Source of the DNA: an uncultured virus (IMG/VR IMGVR_UViG_3300002835_000124)
Lineage: Duplodnaviria > Heunggongvirae > Uroviricota > Caudoviricetes
IMG/VR virus record: IMGVR_UViG_3300002835_000124
Strand: one strand, 5' to 3'
DNA: 20,000 bases
Shown here one piece after another: positions 9,321 to 16,373 of this stretch; position 1 is the first letter of the stretch; every line of letters starts with the position of its first letter. A model generated the notes under the pieces. The model was not told where the DNA came from. It saw only the letters and a list, made by a program, of their open reading frames with translations, and searched no databases. The translations under genes and the position numbers were made by a program.

Positions 9321-9391
9321 TAGGACTGGAAGGTAACGCTCCTTCTTCTCAGGATTAAAAGTCCTGAGCATCACTTTAATGCTTCAATCCC
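9321..9391 (-). tRNA. trnK: tRNA-Lys(UUU), atypical D- and T-loops
   Basis: GGGATTG/CAGTCCT acceptor, GCAT/ATGC D-stem, CAGGA-CTTTTAA-TCCTG anticodon arm, GAAGG-AGCGTTA-CCTTC T-arm. Confidence 0.75.
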
Positions 9392-9395
9392 CCAG

Positions 9396-9468
9396 TACCC
9401 ATAGTTGGATTTGAACCAACGCTTTGTGAATTTTAAGTCCACTGCCTCTACCGCTGGGCTACATGGGT
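9396..9468 (-). tRNA. trnL: tRNA-Leu(UAA), short variable loop
   Basis: ACCCATG/TATGGGT acceptor, GTGGA-CTTAAAA-TTCAC anticodon arm, GTTGG-TTCAAAT-CCAAC T-arm, 5-nt variable loop. Confidence 0.9.
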
Positions 9469-9471
9469 TTG

Positions 9472-9544
9472 CTGGTCTGGTAGGACTCGGACCTACGACT
9501 TGCGAATTAACAGTTCGCCACTCTACCAACTGAGTTACAGACCA
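9472..9544 (-). tRNA. trnN: tRNA-Asn(GUU)
   Basis: TGGTCTG/CAGACCA acceptor, GCGAA-CTGTTAA-TTCGC anticodon arm, T-loop TCCGAGT, discriminator G. Confidence 0.92.
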
Positions 9545-9548
9545 TTAG

Positions 9549-9622
9549 TACACCAGGTAGGACTTGAACCTACGATAACCGAATTATGAGTTCGGAGCCT
9601 TAACCAACTTGGCCACTGGTGT
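9549..9622 (-). tRNA. tRNA with CAU anticodon (probably Ile2; elongator Met not excluded)
   Basis: ACACCAG/CTGGTGT acceptor with C4:G69 and C5:G68; CCGAA-CTCATAA-TTCGG; paired 1:72 and no GGG/CCC stem, so not an initiator. Confidence 0.88.
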
Positions 9623-9649
9623 CTGCTGTGGTTTTTAGACCTTTGTGTA

Positions 9650-10048
9650 TTATTTTTCTATAGACTTACACAGTTTATCAAAATTGGTAACTGAAGAAAT
9701 TTTTAAATTCATTGCAATAGTAATTGCTTCAAGATTTTTATTAGTTATTGCAATTTTTGTATTTTTTTCTGCCTTAATCCAAGAATTAATAGTTGTTTTA
9801 ATTTTACCAGTTGTAGGTTTCTGCTTTGAAGTAAGCATCTTTATGTTTAAATCTATTTCTTTTAACACATCTTGATCACTTGCCAAGCCATCAGCCCAAT
9901 TGGAAATTACTTCTGACTTATAATTTACTTTAATAATTTTACATGAAGCCTTATTGCCCTTAGTATTTAATGATTTTGTTGCAGCATGAGCAGATGCATT
10001 TGGAATTAATAATGCAATTAATAAAGAAGTTATAATTATTTTTTTCAT
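9650..10048 (-). CDS. secreted/exported hypothetical protein
   Basis: MKKIIITSLLIALLIPNASAHA signal peptide; two Cys. Confidence 0.8.
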   Translation of the reverse strand: MKKIIITSLLIALLIPNASAHAATKSLNTKGNKASCKIIKVNYKSEVISNWADGLASDQDVLKEIDLNIKMLTSKQKPTTGKIKTTINSWIKAEKNTKIAITNKNLEAITIAMNLKISSVTNFDKLCKSIEK

Positions 10049-10054
10049 ATTATA

Positions 10055-10083
10055 AGTATATCCTATTCAAGTTGTTTTGTAAA
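10055..10083 (-). promoter_or_regulatory. sigma70/SigA-type promoter, leaderless
   Basis: TTTACA-17-TATACT-6nt-ATG(10048). Confidence 0.7.
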
Positions 10084-10254
10084 GTTATGGTTGTTTTTTA
10101 TAACTGGATCAAGTCTGTCCCAATAGCCACCAGCATTTCCCTGGTACACCTCTCCAGTTTCTTTGTCTATAAGAATCCATTTTTCAGGAGATTTAGTGTG
10201 CACTATTAAATCTATTGGGTCAATAAGTTCTTTAAAGTCTTTTTGTTTTCTCAC
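10063..10254 (-). CDS. hypothetical protein
   Basis: GTG start coupled by TAGTG; TKSPEKWILIDKETGEVYQG. Confidence 0.7.
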   Translation of the reverse strand: MRKQKDFKELIDPIDLIVHTKSPEKWILIDKETGEVYQGNAGGYWDRLDPVIKNNHNFTKQLE

Positions 10255-10358
10255 TAATGCTTCCTCATATGATTATAGATTGTTTGATACGCCATTGCTG
10301 ATCTTACTTGTATCTCTTCATTACATATTTCACAGATAACAAACCTGTTGGCTGACAT
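10254..10358 (-). CDS. 34-aa C2H2-type zinc-finger microprotein
   Basis: MSANRFVICEICNEEIQVRSAMAYQTIYNHMRKH (CxxC...HxxxH); leaderless promoter upstream. Confidence 0.7.
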   Translation of the reverse strand: MSANRFVICEICNEEIQVRSAMAYQTIYNHMRKH

Positions 10359-10364
10359 ATGTTT

Positions 10365-10393
10365 AGTATATCAAATTTCGGCAAAAAAAGCAA
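10365..10393 (-). promoter_or_regulatory. leaderless promoter, copy 1 of a duplicated element
   Basis: TTGCTT-17-TATACT-6nt-ATG; near-identical to 11565-11593. Confidence 0.7.
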
Positions 10394-10423
10394 GGCAAAA
10401 AAATAGAAATATAAATCCTTTTT

Positions 10424-10456
10424 ATGCCCTAAACGGGCACTATCGGTTAGCATCTT
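10424..10456. repeat. dispersed hairpin-containing repeat, copy 1
   Basis: ATGCCCTAAACGGGCACTATCGGTTAGCATCTT, 29/33 identical to 13269-13301. Confidence 0.75.
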
Positions 10457-10568
10457 CTACCTTTGCCAATATCCTTTGCTTCATTGTTTCTCGTTCTTGC
10501 GGGGATAGTTCAATCCCTGTATCTATCTCTGTCATTGAAATGGCTAGATCAACTAAGTCTTTGCTCAT
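10440..10568 (-). CDS. 42-aa hypothetical protein
   Basis: MSKDLVDLAISMTEIDTGIELSPQERETMKQRILAKVEDANR; ATGA coupling to upstream ORF. Confidence 0.6.
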   Translation of the reverse strand: MSKDLVDLAISMTEIDTGIELSPQERETMKQRILAKVEDANR

Positions 10569-10789
10569 AGATTTTCTTTCCAATCTACCTCATAGTATGT
10601 GCCCCACCGCTCATAAGGTTTATTAAGATAATACCAAACCTTGGCGTGGAATTTAAAACGGTACCCAAAGTTACCTTGTTCCTGTAACTCAATGGCTTTA
10701 GACAAACTATTAGTAGCAGGATAACTTAACTGGTTTGCAATCCACCTAAGCGGAAGTATCTTGGTCTTGTGTTGTTTCTGGAACTGCAT
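10565..10789 (-). CDS. hypothetical protein
   Basis: 74 aa; LNKPYERWGTYYE; coupled to next ORF. Confidence 0.65.
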   Translation of the reverse strand: MQFQKQHKTKILPLRWIANQLSYPATNSLSKAIELQEQGNFGYRFKFHAKVWYYLNKPYERWGTYYEVDWKENL

Positions 10790-10889
10790 TTTTAGGTATC
10801 CACACTTTCTTGCCGTCTTTGTATACAGGCCAATAGCCTGCTGATCGCCAATCCATTCTCATAATCTTTGGCTCTTTAATCTTGGTCAA
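10746..10889 (-). CDS. 47-aa hypothetical protein
   Basis: TTG start, MTKIKEPKIMRMDWRSAGYWPVYKDGKKVW...; fills the gap between neighbours. Confidence 0.5.
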   Translation of the reverse strand: MTKIKEPKIMRMDWRSAGYWPVYKDGKKVWIPKNAVPETTQDQDTSA

Positions 10890-10965
10890 CCTTATATGTC
10901 ATTGCTAAATAGCATGCAACATACCCTAAAATAAAAGCGGGAATAAGAAATAAAACATTAATCAT
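10876..10965 (-). CDS. 29-aa single-TM membrane microprotein
   Basis: AAAGGAGG RBS; MINVLFLIPAFILGYVACYLAMTYKVDQD. Confidence 0.7.
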   Translation of the reverse strand: MINVLFLIPAFILGYVACYLAMTYKVDQD

Positions 10966-10987
10966 TTGTAGCCTCCTTTATCTTATA

Positions 10988-11016
10988 AGTATAACACTCT
11001 GCACAATTTTTGTAAA
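10988..11016 (-). promoter_or_regulatory. sigma70/SigA-type promoter
   Basis: TTTACA-17-(TGT)TATACT. Confidence 0.7.
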
Positions 11017-11028
11017 TAATTTCAGTAA

Positions 11029-11295
11029 TCATTTATTTTTTATACACCAAATTCTTCCCTGCTCCATTGTTTGATGAAAGTCCCAAAAATCGGGGGAGTT
11101 GTAATCATCCCAACAAGTAGTACAAGATATAACCCATTCAGCCTTACATAGCCTATTGCTACCATAATGGTCTAACATAAACAGGGTTATCTCAGCCTTG
11201 TCATCTGAAATAATAAACTCTCCACACCTAATACAGTCTTCAAATAATTTCTTAGGTAGTGGCTGATCAAAGTCAACATTATTTTTAATATCCAT
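11029..11295 (-). CDS. Cys-rich hypothetical protein
   Basis: 88 aa; CIRC and CTTC pairs. Confidence 0.65.
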   Translation of the reverse strand: MDIKNNVDFDQPLPKKLFEDCIRCGEFIISDDKAEITLFMLDHYGSNRLCKAEWVISCTTCWDDYNSPDFWDFHQTMEQGRIWCIKNK

Positions 11296-11482
11296 TTAGA
11301 CATTCATTTCTAGTATGGTAAAGACGTATTTTGATCATAGTCTTTTTGTTTGGGGCATAAAGTTCTTCGCCACAGCAAGCAGTTTTTAAGTACCACTCTT
11401 TAGCAAAGAAATCATATACCAATCCCTTAGCATTGGCATATTTCTTGGCTACAAAGGTTTGGAAAGGATCAGGAATGTCCAA
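11285..11482 (-). CDS. hypothetical protein, possible metal binding
   Basis: 65 aa; TACCGEELYAP...HTRNEC. Confidence 0.65.
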   Translation of the reverse strand: MDIPDPFQTFVAKKYANAKGLVYDFFAKEWYLKTACCGEELYAPNKKTMIKIRLYHTRNECLNGY

Positions 11483-11558
11483 GGTGTTCCAAATCTTCTA
11501 GGCATGGCTCACAATAGCAATCAAGTAGGTTTGTGCCTACGCTGGTCATTTCAGTCAT
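11469..11558 (-). CDS. 29-aa Cys-containing microprotein
   Basis: MTEMTSVGTNLLDCYCEPCLEDLEHLGHS; ATG 6 nt below TATGCT. Confidence 0.45.
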   Translation of the reverse strand: MTEMTSVGTNLLDCYCEPCLEDLEHLGHS

Positions 11559-11564
11559 ATACTA

Positions 11565-11593
11565 AGCATACCAAGTTTCGGCGCAAAAAGCAA
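11565..11593 (-). promoter_or_regulatory. leaderless promoter, copy 2 of a duplicated element
   Basis: TTGCTT-17-TATGCT-6nt-ATG. Confidence 0.65.
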
Positions 11594-11614
11594 GGCAAAA
11601 TGACAAATTTTACA

Positions 11615-11623
11615 TGATATAAT
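11615..11623 (+). promoter_or_regulatory. extended -10 promoter, leaderless
   Basis: TGA-TATAAT-6nt-ATG(11630). Confidence 0.7.
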
Positions 11624-11629
11624 CAATGT

Positions 11630-12823
11630 ATGGCCATTGTTAATATAGAAGATATCAAATCAAAATTTGAGGCTGGAGATTATCCACGATCATCTGATTA
11701 TATAAACATGATTGATACTCTTGCTGCTATGCCAGATATTTCTGCCAAAGCACCTATTGCTTCCCCCACTTTTACTGGCACAGTAACAATTCCAGCAGGT
11801 TCAGCAATTACTGGTGTTCCTTATCTTGCTACCGCTAATACCTTTACTACATCACCGCAGCAAATCAACGCTGCCACATCTGCTGTTGGCTTAATTATTA
11901 GAGGCAGTGCAACGACTCCAGGCAACCTTCAAGAATGGCAGAATAGTGCGGGAACAGTATTAGGCTCAATAGGACCAACAGGGTCTTTAACTATTGCTTC
12001 AACAACAGCAAATAACACAACAATTTTTAGTGCAAAAGATGCAAATAACAATAAATTAACATCTAGTTCTGATGCTTCTAATAGAACGTTCCTTAACGCA
12101 CAATCAAACCCAGCCGCCACAACTTTGGCTGGAGCATACTTTACTGCTGATGGTTATGAAGAATCCTGGTTTAATATAAATACAAGAAGCAATACCACTG
12201 GTCAAAAATATATGAGATTTGGAAATAAAGGGAATCAATTCTTAGTTCAAAGATTAAATGATGCTGCAAATGTAATAACAAGTACGCCCTTTACAATTGA
12301 AAATACTTCTGCAACTAATAGCATTTATGTTAAATCCACAGGAACTATAATTAATGGAAGTACGGCTCTTGGTCAATTAACTACTTATGCAGCATCTGCA
12401 TCAACCATTGGTTTAGTGATTCGTGGCGCTGCCTCTCAAACTGCTAACTTGCAAGAATGGCAGAACTCTGCTGGAACTATTCTTGCCAGAGTAAATCAAA
12501 ATGGCGCAATAGTTAGTTCAACTGTTGGAGTGTTCGGGTCGCAAAATGTAATAACCAATACCCTATTGTCTTTGTATTCTACAGCAACTATTCAGTCGGG
12601 AATTGTAATTCGTGGCTTTGCGTCACAAACCGCAGACCTTCAACAGTGGCAGAATAGTGATGGTACTAAACTAGCCGCAGTAACTAAAGATGCTTGGTTT
12701 GAACTTGGTTCATCTACCGCCCCTGCTGCTAACTCAGGAGTGGGTGGCTACCTATATGTAGAAGCAGGCGCACTTAAATTCAGAGGCTCATCAGGCACAG
12801 TCACGACCATAGCAAGCGCCTAG
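11630..12823 (+). CDS. tail-fibre/spike-like virion protein with internal repeats
   Basis: 397 aa, rich in A/T/S/G/N; KAPIASPTFTGTVT fibre-type motif; three GxxIRG...LQ(E/Q)WQNSxGT repeats; C-terminal GGYLYVEAGALKFRGSSGTVT. Confidence 0.7.
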   Translation: MAIVNIEDIKSKFEAGDYPRSSDYINMIDTLAAMPDISAKAPIASPTFTGTVTIPAGSAITGVPYLATANTFTTSPQQINAATSAVGLIIRGSATTPGNLQEWQNSAGTVLGSIGPTGSLTIASTTANNTTIFSAKDANNNKLTSSSDASNRTFLNAQSNPAATTLAGAYFTADGYEESWFNINTRSNTTGQKYMRFGNKGNQFLVQRLNDAANVITSTPFTIENTSATNSIYVKSTGTIINGSTALGQLTTYAASASTIGLVIRGAASQTANLQEWQNSAGTILARVNQNGAIVSSTVGVFGSQNVITNTLLSLYSTATIQSGIVIRGFASQTADLQQWQNSDGTKLAAVTKDAWFELGSSTAPAANSGVGGYLYVEAGALKFRGSSGTVTTIASA

Positions 12824-12913
12824 CCACTTCCATATCAGGCTAGAATATAGTACAATAGGATTCGTAGTTCCCAGGGGACTATGTTTACGTAAACAACAAT
12901 AAGGAGAAATACA

Positions 12914-13141
12914 ATGGCAATAGATTACACAGGACTGCTAAGTGATGAGCAGAAAAAAAGCATCCTTGAGCAACGATTAACTCAATTTGCTGCTGAGGCT
13001 TATCAGCACGATATTAACAAGCAGGTAGCAACCGCTTCAAATAATGAAGAGGGTATCAAGCAAGCAACTGATGCATTAGCAATTCTTGAATCAGCAATGA
13101 ATATTCATCAAGAAGAATTGGCTAAGTTAACTTTAGCATAA
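12914..13141 (+). CDS. small helical protein, possible fibre partner/chaperone
   Basis: AAGGAG RBS; 75 aa, amphipathic helical pattern. Confidence 0.75.
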   Translation: MAIDYTGLLSDEQKKSILEQRLTQFAAEAYQHDINKQVATASNNEEGIKQATDALAILESAMNIHQEELAKLTLA

Positions 13142-13161
13142 TTAATAACTCTTAGTATGAC

Positions 13162-13188
13162 CACCTGACCATGTGTATAAACTGGTCA
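13162..13188 (+). ncRNA. candidate H-type pseudoknot motif, copy A
   Basis: CAC-CT-GACCA-T-GTG-TATAAAC-TGGTC, followed by a T-tract. Confidence 0.65.
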
Positions 13189-13199
13189 TTTTTTAATAA

Positions 13200-14200
13200 A
13201 ATAATATAAAGTTAAGCCAAAAAATGGTTTTTAATTTCGGCGGCAAATAGGAGGTAACAAACCTTCCAATGCCCTAAAAGGGCAATAACGGTTAGTATCT
13301 TAAAATCGGCGGGTATAGAAAGAATACCGTAATACCCCTAGTACAATAACAAACCTTTCAAACCCTATAGCCTGATATCCCCATAGCCAGATATGCCAGA
13401 TAGCCAGAAAGTAAGGTTTGAACCTATGTGCGACTATCTGGTTTGATAATGAGAATATGCACAATATGGATCCAGGGCGATGGTTTGATACCCTGCAAAA
13501 ATAGGGTTTGAAGGCTTCTAAATGCCATCTGGAGAGGTTTGATAAGAAAAATAAATCTTACTGATATTTTTTATATTTGGTCTAGGTGGAGGAAAGTGGA
13601 GGATAGTGGGTGATTGAGCGATTTTATAGATGGCGTCGTAATCCTCTGGCGGCCAAACCTCCCATCCCCAAACCTTTCAAACCTTTCTATCCCGCATATG
13701 GGGCATGCATTATACCTCCAAAACCCTGGTTTGTCAAACCTTCATAGCCTAAAAACCCCCACAAAAATGCCCAGAAAATGTAGCAAAATCTTTTAAAACA
13801 CCAGCAAAAAATCTAGAAAGGTTTGATAACTATGGTAAAAGTTTTAAATAATTCGCAATTTAAATTCCCGCTTCGTAATGTCTAATAGTACTAGGACTTG
13901 GCGCCCCGCAGGGACGCAAAAACGGCGGGGATAAAAAGATATACCAATACTCCCAGTAGTATACAAACCATATCTTCTGGATATAAGGTTTGAAGGTTTG
14001 TCAAACTTTCTGGGATTTTTTGAAATTGGTTCTTAATGTCTTTTAGGAAAATAAGGTTTGGAAGGTTTGGTATGAATCTGGAAAATTCTACAGATTACGT
14101 AATGTCCCACGATCTGGGATTTTTTTGGAAAGGTTCTTAATGTTTTTTAGGAAAAAAGAATGTCCAATTTGGGTGGTTTGATATAGTTTGACCCGAGTGG
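13200..14200. repeat. non-coding, repeat-dense region (candidate origin or terminus-associated DNA)
   Basis: About 20 GGTTTG/CAAACC hexamers in both orientations; direct repeats 14009-14051 vs 14113-14155 and 13307-13355 vs 13923-13969. Confidence 0.65.
13269..13301. repeat. dispersed hairpin-containing repeat, copy 2
   Basis: ATGCCCTAAAAGGGCAATAACGGTTAGTATCTT. Confidence 0.75.
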
Positions 14201-14206
14201 GCAGGG

Positions 14207-14476
14207 CTATGCCTGGCTGCCAAGCAACTCGTCAAGACTTTCCCATTCTTTATCCTCAACACCAAGAGAGGCAATAAATAAATTATATGTTTCATCTATA
14301 TACACGGCAGATTGTAGGGTTGGCAAAACAATTTCATTCATTAGAAAATATGCCAATGGCAAACCTAGATCGTTATACTCTATAAAATCTTGCAAGTCCT
14401 CATCATCACGATAGTTCATCCACAACTCAGCAAGAATGCTTATCTTGTTGTCAAAAGTATTACCTGCCATTGCCAT
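14207..14476 (-). CDS. acidic hypothetical protein
   Basis: 89 aa; ILAELWMNYRDD..FIEYNDLGLPLAY. Confidence 0.8.
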   Translation of the reverse strand: MAMAGNTFDNKISILAELWMNYRDDEDLQDFIEYNDLGLPLAYFLMNEIVLPTLQSAVYIDETYNLFIASLGVEDKEWESLDELLGSQA

Positions 14477-14696
14477 AGTAAGCCCCTCTGTCTAATTGCT
14501 CAACTTCTTTATTATACTGCATGGCTTCTAATACTTCATTAGCCCTAGTATAAATAATATGGGGCGCACCCTTTGCTAAATAAAATCCAATGGCTTCTAA
14601 GTCAAGAGTAAAATCAGATAGCAGAGTAGTAATTCTGCCAGCAACCTTTTCCTCTTTACTTATTCCCAGCCTAATAGACCTACGCATAAATCCCAT
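14460..14696 (-). CDS. hypothetical protein
   Basis: 78 aa; leaderless promoter upstream. Confidence 0.75.
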   Translation of the reverse strand: MGFMRRSIRLGISKEEKVAGRITTLLSDFTLDLEAIGFYLAKGAPHIIYTRANEVLEAMQYNKEVEQLDRGAYYGNGR

Positions 14697-14702
14697 ACCC
14701 CA

Positions 14703-14731
14703 ATTCTATCAAAAAAGTGTGGGGAGAGCAA
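14703..14731 (-). promoter_or_regulatory. leaderless promoter overlapping a terminator stem
   Basis: TTGCTC-17-(TGA)TAGAAT-6nt-ATG(14696). Confidence 0.65.
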
Positions 14732-14755
14732 GCCCACCACAAACCCGCTCTCCCC
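14711..14755 (-). terminator. putative intrinsic terminator
   Basis: GGGGAGAGC/GCTCTCCCC 9-bp stem with 17-nt loop, then ACAC-TTTTTT on minus strand. Confidence 0.5.
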
Positions 14756-14787
14756 CTATATTAGCAAGAGGTGACCCTACCTCTGCC

Positions 14788-15156
14788 TTATGAGGCCCCC
14801 ACGGTAGAAAGGATACCGCTGGGCGAATGATAGTTAACAAAACTGTCAATGTCATGAGAGCCTGTCTCATCAGTGATAGTGTTATTAGTTAAGTCAATTA
14901 ATATTGGATGGTCCGCAAAACCTAGGTCATTAGGATTGCAAGCATATAGGCCAAACCCTGTTTCATCAAGAATAGAATCCTTTAGTAGATGGCTCACGGC
15001 CATGCGGGTATAGTATTCTGTATCCCCTTTACGTACCACTGCATGCTGCAGGGCCTGAGCAAGGTCTGAATGCATAGAGTCTTCACCCCAATGACTGTAC
15101 AGCGCTACTGCTAGGTCCTCTGATTGTTTAAATACAAATGTACAACGTGCTCCCAT
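14788..15156 (-). CDS. conserved phage hypothetical protein (MGxR...YxHW type)
   Basis: MGARCTFVF...LYSHWGED; TAATG coupling. Confidence 0.8.
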   Translation of the reverse strand: MGARCTFVFKQSEDLAVALYSHWGEDSMHSDLAQALQHAVVRKGDTEYYTRMAVSHLLKDSILDETGFGLYACNPNDLGFADHPILIDLTNNTITDETGSHDIDSFVNYHSPSGILSTVGAS

Positions 15157-15314
15157 TACTCTTCCTCATTCTTTTCTACTAGGTTAGGGACGATGGATAA
15201 TTGGTTTGATACCTCGTTAAAAATAACATCTTCGTCTTCAGTGTCAGTCTCATACACAAAGTTCATGTAATCGCCTGTTGGTTCAAAAATTACTTCTATT
15301 TCCCATTTAGCCAT
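15156..15314 (-). CDS. 52-aa acidic hypothetical protein
   Basis: MAKWEIEVIFEPTGDYMNFVYETDTEDEDVIFNE...; TAATG coupling at both ends. Confidence 0.75.
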   Translation of the reverse strand: MAKWEIEVIFEPTGDYMNFVYETDTEDEDVIFNEVSNQLSIVPNLVEKNEEE

Positions 15315-15505
15315 TACAGGGTCTCCTCTGATTCTACTGATTCAACTAGGTCCCACGCAATTCCTGAACCATCTGCACCTGTTGCGGCATAGTTATCTAG
15401 GAATTCGCTTTCGGCAATGTTCATAGCGTCAATCTCATCTTCTGCGTCTTCAATACGAACAGACTTGGTGATTTGTCCTATAACTTTGATATCATATGTT
15501 GGCAT
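15314..15505 (-). CDS. small acidic protein, DpnD/PcfM-like pattern
   Basis: MPTYDIKV...IEDAEDEIDAMNIA; paralogue of 16366..16551. Confidence 0.7.
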   Translation of the reverse strand: MPTYDIKVIGQITKSVRIEDAEDEIDAMNIAESEFLDNYAATGADGSGIAWDLVESVESEETL

Positions 15506-15941
15506 TGTTTTGGGTCTCCAATCCTACTAGTGTAAGTTCTTCAATTGTAGCGCATTGTGGGCATTTTTGCAAATCTTCCTCATCAAAGGCATCTCTGATA
15601 GTATTATTAGGGTCTTCAAATTCAGCACCACAGTTTTCACAGTAGAACCAGTTATGACTAATCAATACCTGTATAGTTGTATCAGGTGGGCAAGGAACCT
15701 CAGTGATAAAGTATCCTATTCTATTTACGATGTGCCATCCGTTCCAGATGTAACTACCACCGTCGTCACCATCACCATACATCCAGATATAGGCAGGGTC
15801 TTGTTCTTTTACAAAGGCCACTTCCTCATCGTAGGTCTCAAACATATGCCCATCAAAACTAGCATTCTCATCTAGATGATTCTTAATAGGCTTATAAGTG
15901 TCAAACCACTCATCTTCCGTCATCTCAATAAATTTATCCAT
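15492..15941 (-). CDS. acidic protein with C-terminal zinc ribbon
   Basis: 149 aa; GWHIVNRIGYFITEVP; CENC...CPQC. Confidence 0.8.
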   Translation of the reverse strand: MDKFIEMTEDEWFDTYKPIKNHLDENASFDGHMFETYDEEVAFVKEQDPAYIWMYGDGDDGGSYIWNGWHIVNRIGYFITEVPCPPDTTIQVLISHNWFYCENCGAEFEDPNNTIRDAFDEEDLQKCPQCATIEELTLVGLETQNNANI

Positions 15942-16212
15942 TTGTCTTAGTCCTATCTGATATGGCGAATGCTAACTCATAGGTTAATTGATATACAGTT
16001 GAATAGGCGTCTAGCATGCCTTCCCAATATTTACGTTCCATTGAATCCATGGCGTCATCATAGTCTGTATCCTCTTCTATCTTTTGGTAGCGAAGATACT
16101 CTGTCTCAGCATTTAGCATGAGGTTCTTTAGTTCACCATGTAGGATATCAGTTCCTGATTCCCCTAGGTCTACTAGTTTCTGTAGTCGTGGTGCTAGTGT
16201 CATATTGTTCAT
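15934..16212 (-). CDS. hypothetical protein
   Basis: 92 aa; DSMERKYWEG; overlaps both neighbours. Confidence 0.75.
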   Translation of the reverse strand: MNNMTLAPRLQKLVDLGESGTDILHGELKNLMLNAETEYLRYQKIEEDTDYDDAMDSMERKYWEGMLDAYSTVYQLTYELAFAISDRTKTNG

Positions 16213-16373
16213 TCTTTAATCATACCCTCTGCCACTGACAAAAGGTGGCGGGTGTTATAAATCTCAGCCTCTTTAGTTCTATAGAAATGATGAGCATTAA
16301 CATAGTCAATCTTCTCAAGGTCTTGCATAAGACTTATCTCATGAATCTTCATATACTCAATGAAACTATTCAT
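16209..16373 (-). CDS. hypothetical protein
   Basis: MNSFIEYMKIH...TRHLLSVA; start overlaps upstream stop. Confidence 0.65.
   Translation of the reverse strand: MNSFIEYMKIHEISLMQDLEKIDYVNAHHFYRTKEAEIYNTRHLLSVAEGMIKE

Noticed and set aside
9361..9385. CCTGAGCAT on the + strand as a fifth pseudoknot copy
   Set aside because: It is the antisense of the tRNA-Lys D/anticodon arm; stem 1 cannot pair and AAAC is absent
11870..12676. Diversity-generating retroelement TR/VR pair in the fibre repeats
   Set aside because: Differences are largely synonymous and not adenine-specific; no reverse transcriptase is in the window
13614..13796. 60-aa ORF in the repeat region
   Set aside because: TTG start; the PNLSNL-type sequence is just translation of CAAACCTT repeats
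13200..14200. CRISPR array
   Set aside because: Repeats are short, irregularly spaced and in both orientations, with no constant repeat-spacer period
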